This document shows, piece after piece, positions 35,986 through 45,573 of a DNA stretch of 46,508 nt. Both the position numbers and the translations under genes were made by a program. Origin of the DNA: a virus (lineage: Duplodnaviria; Caudoviricetes); the IMG/VR virus record IMGVR_UViG_3300017448_000028, positions 1 to 46,508 of that record; one strand, given 5' to 3'. Position 1 is the first letter of the stretch; each line of letters starts with the position of its first letter. A model generated the notes under the pieces. That model was not told the origin of the DNA and did not search any database. It was given only the letters and a program-made list of their open reading frames with translations.

Positions 35986-36189
35986 ATGCGCCTAGTATCC
36001 TGGATCATGGAGAGGGTGGGATTCAGCAAGGAGGTGGAGGAGGCGATGGCGTCGAGCGCCGAGGGGGAGGCCCGCGCCAGGGCGTTCCGCCAGGAGATCA
36101 AGGAAGTGATCGACCCGTTGCGGCCGACGCTCGACAGGAATCATTTCGAGGAAGCGGTCAGAAAGACTTTCCAGCGGCGGGCCGTCTGA
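35986..36189 (+). CDS. Small lysis-cassette protein (...RNHF motif)
   Basis: RBS GAGGAGG; TGATG coupling. Confidence 0.6.
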   Translation: MRLVSWIMERVGFSKEVEEAMASSAEGEARARAFRQEIKEVIDPLRPTLDRNHFEEAVRKTFQRRAV

Positions 36190-36506
36190 TGCGCTGGGCC
36201 GATCTGCTGCTCACCGGGGCGTCCTGCGCCGGGTCGCTGCTCCTGCTGTGGACCTACGCATGGGGCAACGACTGGAAGGCCAGCCGCGTCGGCCGCGCCT
36301 TGGTTTTCATGGCGACGACCGTCGCGCTGTTGACCGGCACGGGCACCTGGCACCGCGCCCAGGGCGACGGCGAGGTCGACGTGTTCACCACGATCGCGCT
36401 GGGCGCCGTGTTGTGCATGGTGCTGATGATGGACGTCGCGTTTTTCAGGGAACGGATCGACGTCCGCAAGCAGCAGGCCCGGGAACGGGAGCACGCCGAG
36501 GCCTAG
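36189..36506 (+). CDS. Putative holin (3 transmembrane segments)
   Basis: Three hydrophobic segments, W..SRVGRAL, basic tail. Confidence 0.6.
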   Translation: MRWADLLLTGASCAGSLLLLWTYAWGNDWKASRVGRALVFMATTVALLTGTGTWHRAQGDGEVDVFTTIALGAVLCMVLMMDVAFFRERIDVRKQQAREREHAEA

Positions 36507-37054
36507 TCGCCGAGCGTCAGGATCACGCTGTTCTGCACGACCTGCGCCGGGGTGAACACCTGCGTACCGCGACCGGTGATCGTCACCGTGTAGTCCGAGA
36601 GATCGCCCGTGACGTCGGCGCTGAAGTCGAACTCGCACACCGGCGATGCGCTGGATGCCGGTTGGATGACGGAACCGGCGCTGAGCGCGGTGACGGCGAG
36701 GGTCTGACCATTCGGTCCGCCGAGGGTGACCGCCGTACCGGCCGCCACATCGGCGAATCCGCCGACGGCCCGGCATGTGTCCCCGTCGTTCAGGGTGCTG
36801 GACGAGGTGGTGTCGAGCGCTTGGGGGCTACCGGCGCCACCGACGAAGGGGAGGTAGAGCGAGCCGGTCATGAGGATGCTCGCGGTCGCCGGTTTGGCTG
36901 CGGCCGTTGTGCTGGCGCCGCTGACCGCTGCGCCGATTCCTATGCCTACGCCCAGGATGGCGACGGCCGCTATGCCGATCTGCAGGGCGCGCTTCCGGCG
37001 CTTGCTGCCGTTCGCCTGCGCGTGTTCGGTGGTCTCGTGCTGGCTGTCGATCAT
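36503..37054 (-). CDS. Membrane-anchored exported protein (lysogenic conversion candidate)
   Basis: RBS GAGGGGG; KRRKR followed by a transmembrane helix; paired Cys. Confidence 0.7.
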   Translation of the reverse strand: MIDSQHETTEHAQANGSKRRKRALQIGIAAVAILGVGIGIGAAVSGASTTAAAKPATASILMTGSLYLPFVGGAGSPQALDTTSSSTLNDGDTCRAVGGFADVAAGTAVTLGGPNGQTLAVTALSAGSVIQPASSASPVCEFDFSADVTGDLSDYTVTITGRGTQVFTPAQVVQNSVILTLGD

Positions 37055-37092
37055 GGTTCCCCCCTCAGGGATTGGTCGGATAGGTGGTGGCG

Positions 37093-37377
37093 CTATGCGC
37101 GCGGCAGCCAAGCCGGGTCGTCTGCGGGCTCGCGCGCTGCCGTGGCCCGTGTGTCGCGGACGTGCTTGGTGAGCCGGGTTCCGGCGCGCCAGGACGCGGT
37201 GGTCAGGTACCAGAGGATGACGATGGTGAAGTAGGCGATGACGAACGGCGCGACGATCAGGTACACCATGATCTCGGCGCCGGACGGCCCGCGCTTGCGG
37301 CTGCGTCGCTTGGTTTTGAGCAGGTTGCCGGTGCCGACGTAGAGCGGGCCGGCCCGGAAGCCGAGTGATGCGCGCAT
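37093..37377 (-). CDS. Membrane protein
   Basis: RBS GAGGGGGAG; hydrophobic segment IMVYLIVAPFVIAYFTIVILWY. Confidence 0.65.
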   Translation of the reverse strand: MRASLGFRAGPLYVGTGNLLKTKRRSRKRGPSGAEIMVYLIVAPFVIAYFTIVILWYLTTASWRAGTRLTKHVRDTRATAAREPADDPAWLPRA

Positions 37378-37439
37378 GGTCTCCCCCTCAGGAGTGTCGG
37401 ACGGTGACGGTACTCTGTGCGGCCCGTGATCGCCAGTGG

Positions 37440-37595
37440 TCAGTTCTTCTCGCGGGGCGTGTTCTTCGCTGCCGCGTCTTCAATCTCCTGGGCGACGCGG
37501 ACGGCTTCGGCTGCTCCGTCGTGGTCGCCTTGGGCTGCCGAGTGGATCGCTTCGATGCGTAACTTCTCGGAGAGTGTGAGGTCGTCGTCGGCCAT
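37440..37595 (-). CDS. Hypothetical protein (51 aa)
   Basis: TAATG coupling; MADDDLTLSEKLRIEA. Confidence 0.55.
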   Translation of the reverse strand: MADDDLTLSEKLRIEAIHSAAQGDHDGAAEAVRVAQEIEDAAAKNTPREKN

Positions 37596-37819
37596 TAGGC
37601 GGCGCGCCAGGCGGTGACGTTGATGCCGGGCGGGATGCCGAGGGTGTCGCCGTCGTCGTCGAAGTGGATGATCGCGGCGAGGAACGGGCCGTCGGGGGTG
37701 AGCTGGACGTGGTGGATGGTGCGGGTGCGGCCGTGGTCTTGGATCTGGTCGCCTGCCGCGAGCTGCTGGGGTTGTACGTTGGTGCGTCGGGCGTGTGCCG
37801 CGTCGCATGTGACGGTCAT
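37595..37819 (-). CDS. Hypothetical protein
   Basis: RBS GAGGGAG; QLAAGDQI SH3-like pattern. Confidence 0.6.
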   Translation of the reverse strand: MTVTCDAAHARRTNVQPQQLAAGDQIQDHGRTRTIHHVQLTPDGPFLAAIIHFDDDGDTLGIPPGINVTAWRAA

Positions 37820-37920
37820 CCGGACTCCCTCGATTGATACAGCTGCACTATGACAGGTGTATCACTGGCGTAGTACGCTGCCAAGACCGGACGCACCGTC
37901 ATCTGAGGGGATGCCAGATC

Positions 37921-38655
37921 GTGACACCGAAGCAACGCCAGGAGCCCGAGCGCCGCCGCGACGAGATCGCCGCGAAGCTGCTCGCCCGTATCGGCAAAGG
38001 CGAGTTCGCCGTCGGCGCCGAAGTACCCTCCAGCCGGGAGTTGGCGACTGCCTATGAGTGCGCGCCGATGACCGCGCTCGCCGCGCTCCAGATACTGTCC
38101 GACGCTGGCGTCATCACCATCCGGCCGGGCCGCGGCTCGATCGTCGCGCAGGCAGCGCAGTCCATCGCCGGGCCCACCGAGCGGCTGCACAACTCCCGCA
38201 CCGGCAGCCTGTTCCGCCCGGGTGAGACGCAGGAGATCCTGCGCGCCCAGCTGGACGTCGGGCATCTGGAGGCGCGGGCCGCCCTCGGCGTCGATGTGGG
38301 CGAGTCTCTCGGCGCGCGCGAGTACGTGGTGCGCAACGCCGCGGGGACGGTCGTGACCTACGCCACCTCGTTCGTGCACCCGGACGTGTGGGCCGCGGTG
38401 GCCGAGCTGCGTGAGCCCCGGCCGATCCCGGACGGCATTATCGGCGCGGTGGACCGGGTGCTCGCCCGGCGCACGGTCGAGCCTCTGCGGCGGCGGGTGG
38501 AGGCTGCTCCGGCGACGGAGGAGGAGGCCGCGCTGCTTGGCGTGGTGCCGGACTCGCCGGTGCTGGTGGAGATCGTCGAGTGCCATGACGAGGCCGGGCG
38601 CGTGGTGGAGTGGAACATCAGCGTGCACCCGTCGCGCTATCGGATCGGGCGGTAG
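37921..38655 (+). CDS. GntR/HutC-family transcriptional regulator (HTH + UTRA-like)
   Basis: IGKGEFAVGAEVPSSRELATAY...RPGRGSIV; ATEEEAALLGV...GRVVE. Confidence 0.88.
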   Translation: MTPKQRQEPERRRDEIAAKLLARIGKGEFAVGAEVPSSRELATAYECAPMTALAALQILSDAGVITIRPGRGSIVAQAAQSIAGPTERLHNSRTGSLFRPGETQEILRAQLDVGHLEARAALGVDVGESLGAREYVVRNAAGTVVTYATSFVHPDVWAAVAELREPRPIPDGIIGAVDRVLARRTVEPLRRRVEAAPATEEEAALLGVVPDSPVLVEIVECHDEAGRVVEWNISVHPSRYRIGR

Positions 38656-38695
38656 ACTGGCGGCGAGTTACCAACTCACGCCTTGGCCGGCGCGC

Positions 38696-38737
38696 ACGAC
38701 AGAAGCCGCCCCGGTGCAGCGGGGCGGCTTCGTCGTT
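38696..38737 (+). terminator. Hairpin terminator after gntR
   Basis: GAAGCCGCCCCG...CGGGGCGGCTTC inverted repeat. Confidence 0.7.
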
Positions 38738-38739
38738 CC

Positions 38740-39030
38740 CTGGGCGTACGCTGATCCTCGGTTCCGGGGGCGCACGGAACGCGCCGGGGGCCGTTCCGCG
38801 TCCGAGGCCCAATCTTCGCCGAAGGTATTGCGGAGCGCAGTGATTCCGCACCACGTGCATCTACCCAGCTGGGCATATTGGTTTTGTAGAACATAGTCCG
38901 CTACTACCTCGGCTAAGAATCTGGATCCCCGGCTAGCATTTTCCCTGGTGGCGCACCGATCATACGACTGGTGCGCTATTTTCGTGGTGGGCGTTATGGC
39001 TCTAACCCAGATATCGCCACGAACGATCAT
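38740..39030. other. Putative attP region
   Basis: Non-coding, lower-GC gap directly upstream of the integrase with several inverted repeats; core not identified. Confidence 0.45.
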
Positions 39031-39041
39031 GGAGGGGTGCT

Positions 39042-39929
39042 GTGGACATCGACATCGAGGACATGCTCGAATCCTGGGCTCTCGCGCTCAAGACCCAGCG
39101 CAAGAGCGCCGAGACGATCAAGAGTTACACGAACGGTGTCAAGGCGTTCCTGCGCTGGTGCCGCGAAACCAAGACCGAGCCCGACCTGACCCGGCGCAAC
39201 TTCCAGCGGTTCATCGCGGCGATCAGCGACACCTGCCAGTCCACCACGGTCGTCTCCCGCCACCTGTCGTGCCGCCAGTTCACCGCATGGCTCCTCGCGG
39301 AAGGCGAGACCACGTCGGACCCGCTGCTCGGCCTCCAGGGCGGCGCACCCGACGAGAAGATCATCATGCCGCTGGCGCAGGAGGAGCTGAAAGCCCTGAT
39401 CGCCGCATGCAAGGGCAACGGCTTCCGGGAGCGCCGCGACGAAGCGCTGATCCGGCTGATGGTCGAATGCGGGTCCCGGGCGTCGGAGACGGTGGACATG
39501 CTGCTGTCCGAGACGAACCTCGCGGCCGGCACGGTGGTGATCCGGCGCGGCAAGGGAGGCAAGGGCAGGATCGTGCCGTTCGGCCCGTTCACCGCGCGGT
39601 CGCTGGACCGGTATGTGCGGGCGCGCCGGTCGCATGTGCTGGCCGCGACGGACGCCCTGTGGCTCGGCGGCCGGGGCCGCGGTTTCGCGTACGCCGGCCT
39701 GTACGACACGCTGCACGAGCGCGCGGAGGTGGCGGGGCTGCGCGACTTCCATCCTCACCGGCTGCGCCACACGTTCGCGGATCGGTGGCTCGACAAGGGC
39801 GGCAGTGAGGGCGGCCTGATGGCCGTGGCGGGGTGGGAGCGGCCGGAGATGCTGCGCCGGTATACGAAGGGGCGGCAGGCGGCGCGGGCGCTGGAGGAGG
39901 CGCGGGGGTTGAACTTGGGGGACCTGTAG
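39042..39929 (+). CDS. int: Tyrosine integrase/recombinase
   Basis: RDEALIRLMVECGSRASE (R), GKGGK (K), HPHRLRHTFA (HxxR), AGW, RRY (Y). Confidence 0.95.
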   Translation: MDIDIEDMLESWALALKTQRKSAETIKSYTNGVKAFLRWCRETKTEPDLTRRNFQRFIAAISDTCQSTTVVSRHLSCRQFTAWLLAEGETTSDPLLGLQGGAPDEKIIMPLAQEELKALIAACKGNGFRERRDEALIRLMVECGSRASETVDMLLSETNLAAGTVVIRRGKGGKGRIVPFGPFTARSLDRYVRARRSHVLAATDALWLGGRGRGFAYAGLYDTLHERAEVAGLRDFHPHRLRHTFADRWLDKGGSEGGLMAVAGWERPEMLRRYTKGRQAARALEEARGLNLGDL

Positions 39930-40268
39930 CCGCGCAAGGTCCAGACGCGGCTGCAGGTCGTCAGAAGCGACCGAGAGCGCTCACAGGCAGGACGTCGAAA
40001 GTGACCTCGGTGATGGTGCGGCTCACGAGGCGCCGCGCGCCGCGCTGGTTGGTGTAGCAGGCGTCGATCGACGTCGCGCGCGCCGGATCGACCAGGACGG
40101 CCCCGGCTACCTCGGGGGGCAGTTCTCCGGGGTCGGACGGATTGAGCTCAAGGTGCATAGCGCATCCCCCTATCGGACCGCCTCTACCCACCATGGTGAG
40201 GCAGACTAACCACTGAACTGCCGATAGGGAGTGCGCGTCAAGACCTACGGTGACGCATGGTGGGGTTG

Positions 40269-40844
40269 TTACGCACCGGACGTGGCTGACGGTGCGTCAG
40301 GGGGCGGCTGTACGACGTCGCGGACGGCCTGCTTGATGCGGGCCCAGTCCTCCATCTGCCGTTTCACGGAGGCGAGCTGCTGCGCGCTGGTGATCTCTCC
40401 GGCCTTGACGATGATGTATAGATGCATGTCAGTGCCCTCGATGTCCCAGTCGATGCGCTCGTAGTCGAGGGTTTCCCCGTCGGCGAGCCCGACTCGGACG
40501 GAGAGCGGCAGCGTTCGGATGCCCTCAAGGGACGCGGCTGCACTTGCATCGGCATCTGTGGGTGCATCGGCGATATCAGGTGCGGGCCCGGGTTGCCGAA
40601 CCAGTGTCGGCTCCCCGCCGGCCAGGACTGCCTGCGCTGACCCGTGTTCCCATCCGAGGGCGCGCTCGACGGCGCCGAGGCTCGGGGGTAGTCGGGTGTA
40701 GGCGCGGGCTGCTTCGAGGTTGCGCACGGTCATCGTTGACACGGCGGCGTTCTCCGCTACCTGCTGTTGGGTCATGCCGATCTGGTCACGGCGCTGCCGA
40801 ATGGCGCTCGCGAGGTGGGTCCAGTCGTATTCCACGCGCCCCAT
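40269..40844 (-). CDS. Immunity repressor (XRE HTH)
   Basis: IRQRRDQIGMTQQQVAENAAVSTMTVRNLE...VERALGW..GS; divergent from Cro-like gene. Confidence 0.85.
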   Translation of the reverse strand: MGRVEYDWTHLASAIRQRRDQIGMTQQQVAENAAVSTMTVRNLEAARAYTRLPPSLGAVERALGWEHGSAQAVLAGGEPTLVRQPGPAPDIADAPTDADASAAASLEGIRTLPLSVRVGLADGETLDYERIDWDIEGTDMHLYIIVKAGEITSAQQLASVKRQMEDWARIKQAVRDVVQPPPDAPSATSGA

Positions 40845-40859
40845 CTTGACGCACGCACC

Positions 40860-41017
40860 AGCAAACCGCATAGCCGGGTGGCCATCACACCACGTGCACG
40901 GGAGCGCGTTGAGGGTTGGCCGCGCGCCGGGCGTTACCGATTTGCGCCCCCGGTTTGCTGGTAGACACTTGCGACCGTTCACGGTTTGCTCTACGGTACC
41001 GGTATGACAGCAAACCG
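40860..41017. promoter_or_regulatory. Lysis-lysogeny switch operators: 9-bp CGGTTTGCT repeats
   Basis: AGCAAACCG at 40860 and 41009; CGGTTTGCT at 40951 and 40982; variant CGATTTGC at 40938; -10-like TACGGT at 40992. Confidence 0.7.
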
Positions 41018-41219
41018 ACACGCCATCAGGGCAATCCGTGAGGGGCGCGGCCTCGGCTTGCGGGAGTTCTCACGGAAAACCGGTATCAGTCGGGGCTTCC
41101 TCAGCCAGATCGAGACGGGGGCGCGCGGTGCCTCCGTGAGGACGCTCCAGCGTATCGCCGAGGCCCTGGGCGTGCCGCTTGAAGCCGTGAGCCGTGATCA
41201 CGCTGGGAGTACGCAGTGA
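41004..41219 (+). CDS. Cro-like XRE regulator
   Basis: IRAIREGRGLGLREFSRKTGISRGFLSQIETG; probably leaderless. Confidence 0.88.
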   Translation: MTANRHAIRAIREGRGLGLREFSRKTGISRGFLSQIETGARGASVRTLQRIAEALGVPLEAVSRDHAGSTQ

Positions 41220-42010
41220 CCGAGATCACCCCTTTCACCTTCCCGACGACCGGGCAGTCCGTCCGCACTCTCCTCGTGGACGGCGAGCCCTGGTTCATCG
41301 CGACCGACGTGGCTGCGGTGCTGGGCTACCGCGACGCGTTCAACGCGACCCGGCTGCTCGACGACGACGGCGACGAGAAGGGTACTCATCTGGTGAGTAC
41401 CCCCAGCGGCGACCAGATGGCGAGCATCGTCAGTGAGCCGGGCCTTTACTACCTGATCATGCGCAGCAACGCGATCGGCGCCCGCGAGTTCAGGCGCTGG
41501 GTCACACATGAGGTGCTGCCGTCGATCCGGAAGACCGGCGCCTACTCGGCCAAGCAGTTGTCGCGCAAGGACCTGGCGCGCATGGTGATCGATGCCGAGG
41601 AAGCGCTGGAGCTCGCCGAGACGCGAGCGGCGGCCGCCGAGCACCAAGTGCTCGAACTGGCCCCGGCCGCGCGGATGCACGACGAGCTCATGAGCGCGGC
41701 GGGCGACTACTCGGTCCGCGAGGCCGCGCAGATCCTCGGCCGCGACCCGCAGATCACGACCGGCCAGAAACGGCTGTTCGAGTACCTGCGGGAGATCGGC
41801 TGGCTCGACCGGCACAACCAGCCCTACCAGCGGCACATCGCCTTCGACCGGCTCAGCGTGCGCGCCCGTTTCTACGAGCACCCGAACCGCGACGAGCAAG
41901 TCGCCACGCAGCAGGTCCGCATCACGACCAAGGGCCTCGGCGAGCTGCACCGGCTCCTCGGTGGCGGCGCGCAGTTCCAGGCGCTCATGGCCGAGGAGGT
42001 GTCGGCCTGA
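41216..42010 (+). CDS. Antirepressor (BRO-N + KilAC/ANT)
   Basis: GEPWFIATDV...SEPGLY...FRRWVTHEVLPSIRKTG; GQKRLFEYL...ITTKGL. Confidence 0.93.
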   Translation: MTEITPFTFPTTGQSVRTLLVDGEPWFIATDVAAVLGYRDAFNATRLLDDDGDEKGTHLVSTPSGDQMASIVSEPGLYYLIMRSNAIGAREFRRWVTHEVLPSIRKTGAYSAKQLSRKDLARMVIDAEEALELAETRAAAAEHQVLELAPAARMHDELMSAAGDYSVREAAQILGRDPQITTGQKRLFEYLREIGWLDRHNQPYQRHIAFDRLSVRARFYEHPNRDEQVATQQVRITTKGLGELHRLLGGGAQFQALMAEEVSA

Positions 42011-42285
42011 TGCCCGAGTCGCCGACCGAGCGCCGACTGCACGCCCAGGCCGCCGCCCTGACCGGGTGGGCCATGGAACGCAACCCGACCGCGCGCACGC
42101 AGGCATGGCGGGATGGCTTCCTGGCCAAGCTCGAACGCCAGGTCGACCCGGACGGCGTGCTGCCGCCGCAGGAGCGTGCGGAGCGTGCCGAGCGGTTACG
42201 TCTCGCGCACCTGGCGAGAGCGTCGGCCGCGGCCAGCGCGGCGGCCCGCCGGCGGCGTGAAGAGCGCGCAGCCCAGTCCCAGTAG
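42010..42285 (+). CDS. Hypothetical basic protein
   Basis: ERQVDPDGVLPPQER motif; TGATG coupling. Confidence 0.7.
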   Translation: MPESPTERRLHAQAAALTGWAMERNPTARTQAWRDGFLAKLERQVDPDGVLPPQERAERAERLRLAHLARASAAASAAARRRREERAAQSQ

Positions 42286-42352
42286 CAAAGCGCGCCCACC
42301 CGATGTGAGCGGGAGGGCGCGGATGGACCACAACCCTAAGAGAGGTAGTCCA

Positions 42353-42982
42353 GTGACCATCCTGACAGATCACAAGCCGCACGTCCCGTGGCGTCGCGTC
42401 CGAGCGGTCATCACGAGGCACGGTGACGAGCACGAGCTCGACTTGCACGTCGCCGACGAGCACGACCCGTCGATCGCCGCGTGGTTGGCGACGGGCGACC
42501 GCCCGGCAGCGGGGCGCATCCCGGTCATGCCGCACGCCGAGCGCCGCGCGTTCCCGCCGTCGTTCGACGACGACGAGACGTTCTCGGCCCGGCTGAATCA
42601 GATGGCGCGGCTGATGCACTCGACGGCGGATCGGCTGGCTGCGGAGAACGACCTGCGTGCGGCCCGGCTGCTGCGGTGGTCGGGTGCGGCGATCAGCCGG
42701 TCTGCTGCTGCGGGTGTGGAGTTGGCGGCGTGGGCGGGCCAGCGGTTCCAGCCGATGCGGCAGGCCGCTGTCGCGGTGCGGCGGCGCAACCGGAACGTCG
42801 CGCAGACCGGTGAGCTCGGGCAGCTGCTCGTCGCCGGCCAGCTGCCCCCGGCCGCGGTCGTGTCGGCGATGGTGCGCCGGTCGCTGCACGCGACGAACAC
42901 GGCGGAGGACTCGCAGCGGATCCCGGCGATGACGCCGGCGTTGCTGGCGGAGCTCGACGCGCAGAAGGCGACCGCGGCATGA
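42353..42982 (+). CDS. Hypothetical protein
   Basis: RBS GAGGT, GTG start, ATGA coupling. Confidence 0.55.
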   Translation: MTILTDHKPHVPWRRVRAVITRHGDEHELDLHVADEHDPSIAAWLATGDRPAAGRIPVMPHAERRAFPPSFDDDETFSARLNQMARLMHSTADRLAAENDLRAARLLRWSGAAISRSAAAGVELAAWAGQRFQPMRQAAVAVRRRNRNVAQTGELGQLLVAGQLPPAAVVSAMVRRSLHATNTAEDSQRIPAMTPALLAELDAQKATAA

Positions 42983-43191
42983 GCGAGTACGAGCTGGTCA
43001 AGACGTTCGAGGAGCTCGCTCTTCTCCCGGTCGGCACGGTCGTGGTGACCGATGAGGCTGTGGCTCGGCAGCTGCTGGACGTGGACATGTGGGTTGCTTT
43101 CGGAGATGCCCCGCTCACGTCGTCGGCGCTGTTCGAGGCTGCCGAGTCCCTGCGCCTGGTGTTCGAGCCGGAGTCGGGGGAGGAGTTCTGA
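42979..43191 (+). CDS. Hypothetical protein
   Basis: Coupled operon; EELALLPVGTVV motif. Confidence 0.6.
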   Translation: MSEYELVKTFEELALLPVGTVVVTDEAVARQLLDVDMWVAFGDAPLTSSALFEAAESLRLVFEPESGEEF

Positions 43192-43397
43192 TGGCCCCGA
43201 TCCTGCACTCCGACGACCCGATCCAGGTCCACCAGCATGCATCCCGCTATGACGGTGCGTTCGGCCGCGTGTTCGAGCCGGATGAGGAGGGCGGTTACGA
43301 GGTCGACGTGCTCGGTGCGCGCCTGCACTTCGAGCGCTCCGAGCTGGAGTTCCTCGGACGTCCGACCGTGGCACCGATGCGAGGTGCGTCGCGATGA
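43191..43397 (+). CDS. Hypothetical SH3-like protein
   Basis: RBS GGAGGAG, TGATG coupling. Confidence 0.55.
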   Translation: MAPILHSDDPIQVHQHASRYDGAFGRVFEPDEEGGYEVDVLGARLHFERSELEFLGRPTVAPMRGASR

Positions 43398-43699
43398 CCG
43401 TGATCACCACCGTCGCCGAGCTCGACGCCCTGCCCGTCGGGACGCCGCTCACGGACCGCGACGCCGACGAATGGTGCAAGCAGCGGTCCGGGCGCTGGTC
43501 GATGCCGGACAGCGGGGGTTCGTCTTCCGCCTCTCACCTGCTTCGGGTCTGGGGGCCGCTCACTCTGCCGCCGACGCTGCACATGACTCGCTGCGTCCAC
43601 GACACCTGCACGATCACGCACCCGCTGCCGCCCGGCTCGGTCTGGGCCTGCCCGCAGCACGGCGACCAGCACCACAACATCACCCTGGGGGGATCATGA
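43394..43699 (+). CDS. Hypothetical protein
   Basis: ITTVAELDALPVGT motif; Cys/His tail. Confidence 0.6.
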   Translation: MTVITTVAELDALPVGTPLTDRDADEWCKQRSGRWSMPDSGGSSSASHLLRVWGPLTLPPTLHMTRCVHDTCTITHPLPPGSVWACPQHGDQHHNITLGGS

Positions 43700-44121
43700 C
43701 CAGCACCGTCAGCACGAAGCCGCTCACCACCCTGGCCGCCGAGATGACCGACTTCCTGGCCCTCGGCCCGGACTTGGGGCTGCCCGCGCTCGACCGCGTA
43801 GCCCTCTCGCGCCGCCAGCGCGACAGCGGTTGGCACGTCGTCGCCTACCCGGACGAGCGCGACGCGGCCAGCGCGATCGACACCGTCTACGCGTGGGCTG
43901 CGTTCAGTGGTTCCGCGGTGCACCTCCGGACGCCGTACGCGGCCACGCATCAGCCGTCCGGCTGGCAGTTGTCGCTGGAGACGCGCGTCGTCGTGGCCGA
44001 GGTGCCGATCGAGATCCACGCCAACCTCGACGCGGACGCGTACGCCGCCGCCCGCGAGCCGGTGCATGCGACCGGTCCGTTCGCTGGCCTGCTGCTGCTC
44101 GGCGACGAGGTGGCGTCGTGA
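43696..44121 (+). CDS. Hypothetical protein
   Basis: ATGA/GTGA coupling. Confidence 0.6.
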   Translation: MTSTVSTKPLTTLAAEMTDFLALGPDLGLPALDRVALSRRQRDSGWHVVAYPDERDAASAIDTVYAWAAFSGSAVHLRTPYAATHQPSGWQLSLETRVVVAEVPIEIHANLDADAYAAAREPVHATGPFAGLLLLGDEVAS

Positions 44122-44504
44122 CGCTGTCGGATTACGCGAAACTGCACGCCGGACGCTGGCTCGACCGGCACCTCCCGCCCGTCGAACAGCCCAACCCCGC
44201 CCCGCAACTGGCGCAGCTGGCCGTCTACTCGGAGCGCTTCGCCGACGTCACCGACAACGAGGACGACACCGGCATGTGGCTCCCCGCCGGCCTCGTGCGC
44301 ACGGGCGAGCAGGTCCAGGTCGCTGGCCGCTGGCACACGGTGTCCGGGACGGACGTGCTCTATCTGGACGGCGAGCCCCGGCGTTCGACGCTGTTGTTCG
44401 ACGGTTGGCAGGAGTCGTGCCGGTACACGCAGCTGGTGTATGTGCGTGACGAGGCGACGCTGGTAGCAGCCGAGATCGGGGGCGGCTGCCATGGCGTCGG
44501 CTGA
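44118..44504 (+). CDS. Hypothetical protein
   Basis: GTGA coupling, GC3 bias. Confidence 0.6.
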   Translation: MTLSDYAKLHAGRWLDRHLPPVEQPNPAPQLAQLAVYSERFADVTDNEDDTGMWLPAGLVRTGEQVQVAGRWHTVSGTDVLYLDGEPRRSTLLFDGWQESCRYTQLVYVRDEATLVAAEIGGGCHGVG

Positions 44505-45573
44505 GACCGTCCCGGCCGGGCTGCTGATGCTCCAGGAGGAAGTCCCGGAGAAGCTCGTCGGCTACCTGCCGCGAGTCACCTGCAAGGGCTGCAAGGACAA
44601 CCGCTGCGACAACCAGTCGCACCGCAAGGCGAAGTGCCCGAAGTGCAACGGCTGGTTGACCACCGCGCACATCGACCTCGACTACGTGGGCCACGCCGAG
44701 ACCACCGCGCAGTTGCTCAAGGCCGATCCGGGCTGGACGTGGGAGCCGCTGGCGTTCGGTGACGACGGGCTGCCGAGGTTCGACGACCTCGGTGGCCTGT
44801 GGATCCGGCTGACGGTGTGCGGCGTGACCCGGCTCGGCTACGGCACTGCGGATAACGGCGGCTTCAAGGCGAAGGGCGACATCCGCAAGGAGATCATCGG
44901 CGACGCTTTGCGGAACGCCGCGATGCGGTTCGGGTGGGCGCTGAACCTGTGGGCGAAGACCGACATCCACGACCGAACGCCCCTGGAAGGCGAGTCGGCC
45001 GGGCAGCCGCAGTATCAGGTGGCCGAGGCCGTGGCGCGCAAGGAACAGCGCGAGCGCGTCGACATCGCCCCGCGCGACCGCAACCCCTTCGACGACGAGT
45101 TCGACCTGCCCCCGACCGTGAGCGCGATGAGCGACGACGAGAAGAACCGGCTCATGGCCAGGATCGCGATCCTGTGCAAGGAGAAGCGGGGCATCGCCGG
45201 GAGCACGAAGGAGGCCCGGCAGGCCCGACTGGCCGTGCTCAGCCAGATCCTGCGGCATGAGGTGAAGTCGTCGAAGGATCTCGGTCGCCAGCAGCTGAAC
45301 AGGGTGATCGACGCGATGGCGTTGGAGCCGCTCTACGCCCCGCCGCAGCCCATGGTCGGTGAGGAGATGGCGCAGCTGGCCGCGGACTTCGCGTCCGCCG
45401 TCGAGGAAGCCGGTACCGAGCCCGAGCTCGCGGCCGTCGAGGCGACCGTGGACGGCTCGGTCGCGGCCGGGAAGCTCACGCCCGACCAGGGCAACGAGCT
45501 GCTGGCCGCGGTCGGGCAGAAGCGCGGCGGATGGTCGCACCGCGTCCTCGCCGAACAGGGGGCAGCGCTGTGA
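44491..45573 (+). CDS. Rad52/Sak-like single-strand annealing recombinase with zinc-finger insert
   Basis: LDYVGHA...DPGWTWEP...LWIRLTVCGVTRLGYG...KEIIGDALRNAAMRFG.ALNLW; CxxC/CxxC insert. Confidence 0.8.
   Translation: MASAETVPAGLLMLQEEVPEKLVGYLPRVTCKGCKDNRCDNQSHRKAKCPKCNGWLTTAHIDLDYVGHAETTAQLLKADPGWTWEPLAFGDDGLPRFDDLGGLWIRLTVCGVTRLGYGTADNGGFKAKGDIRKEIIGDALRNAAMRFGWALNLWAKTDIHDRTPLEGESAGQPQYQVAEAVARKEQRERVDIAPRDRNPFDDEFDLPPTVSAMSDDEKNRLMARIAILCKEKRGIAGSTKEARQARLAVLSQILRHEVKSSKDLGRQQLNRVIDAMALEPLYAPPQPMVGEEMAQLAADFASAVEEAGTEPELAAVEATVDGSVAAGKLTPDQGNELLAAVGQKRGGWSHRVLAEQGAAL

Noticed and set aside
38740-39030. tRNA-derived attP core
   Set aside because: No T-arm/acceptor-like sequence recognised; the core cannot be defined without the host sequence
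39961-40194. Small minus-strand CDS between integrase and repressor
   Set aside because: Plausible but no motif and an uncertain start; support too weak to call
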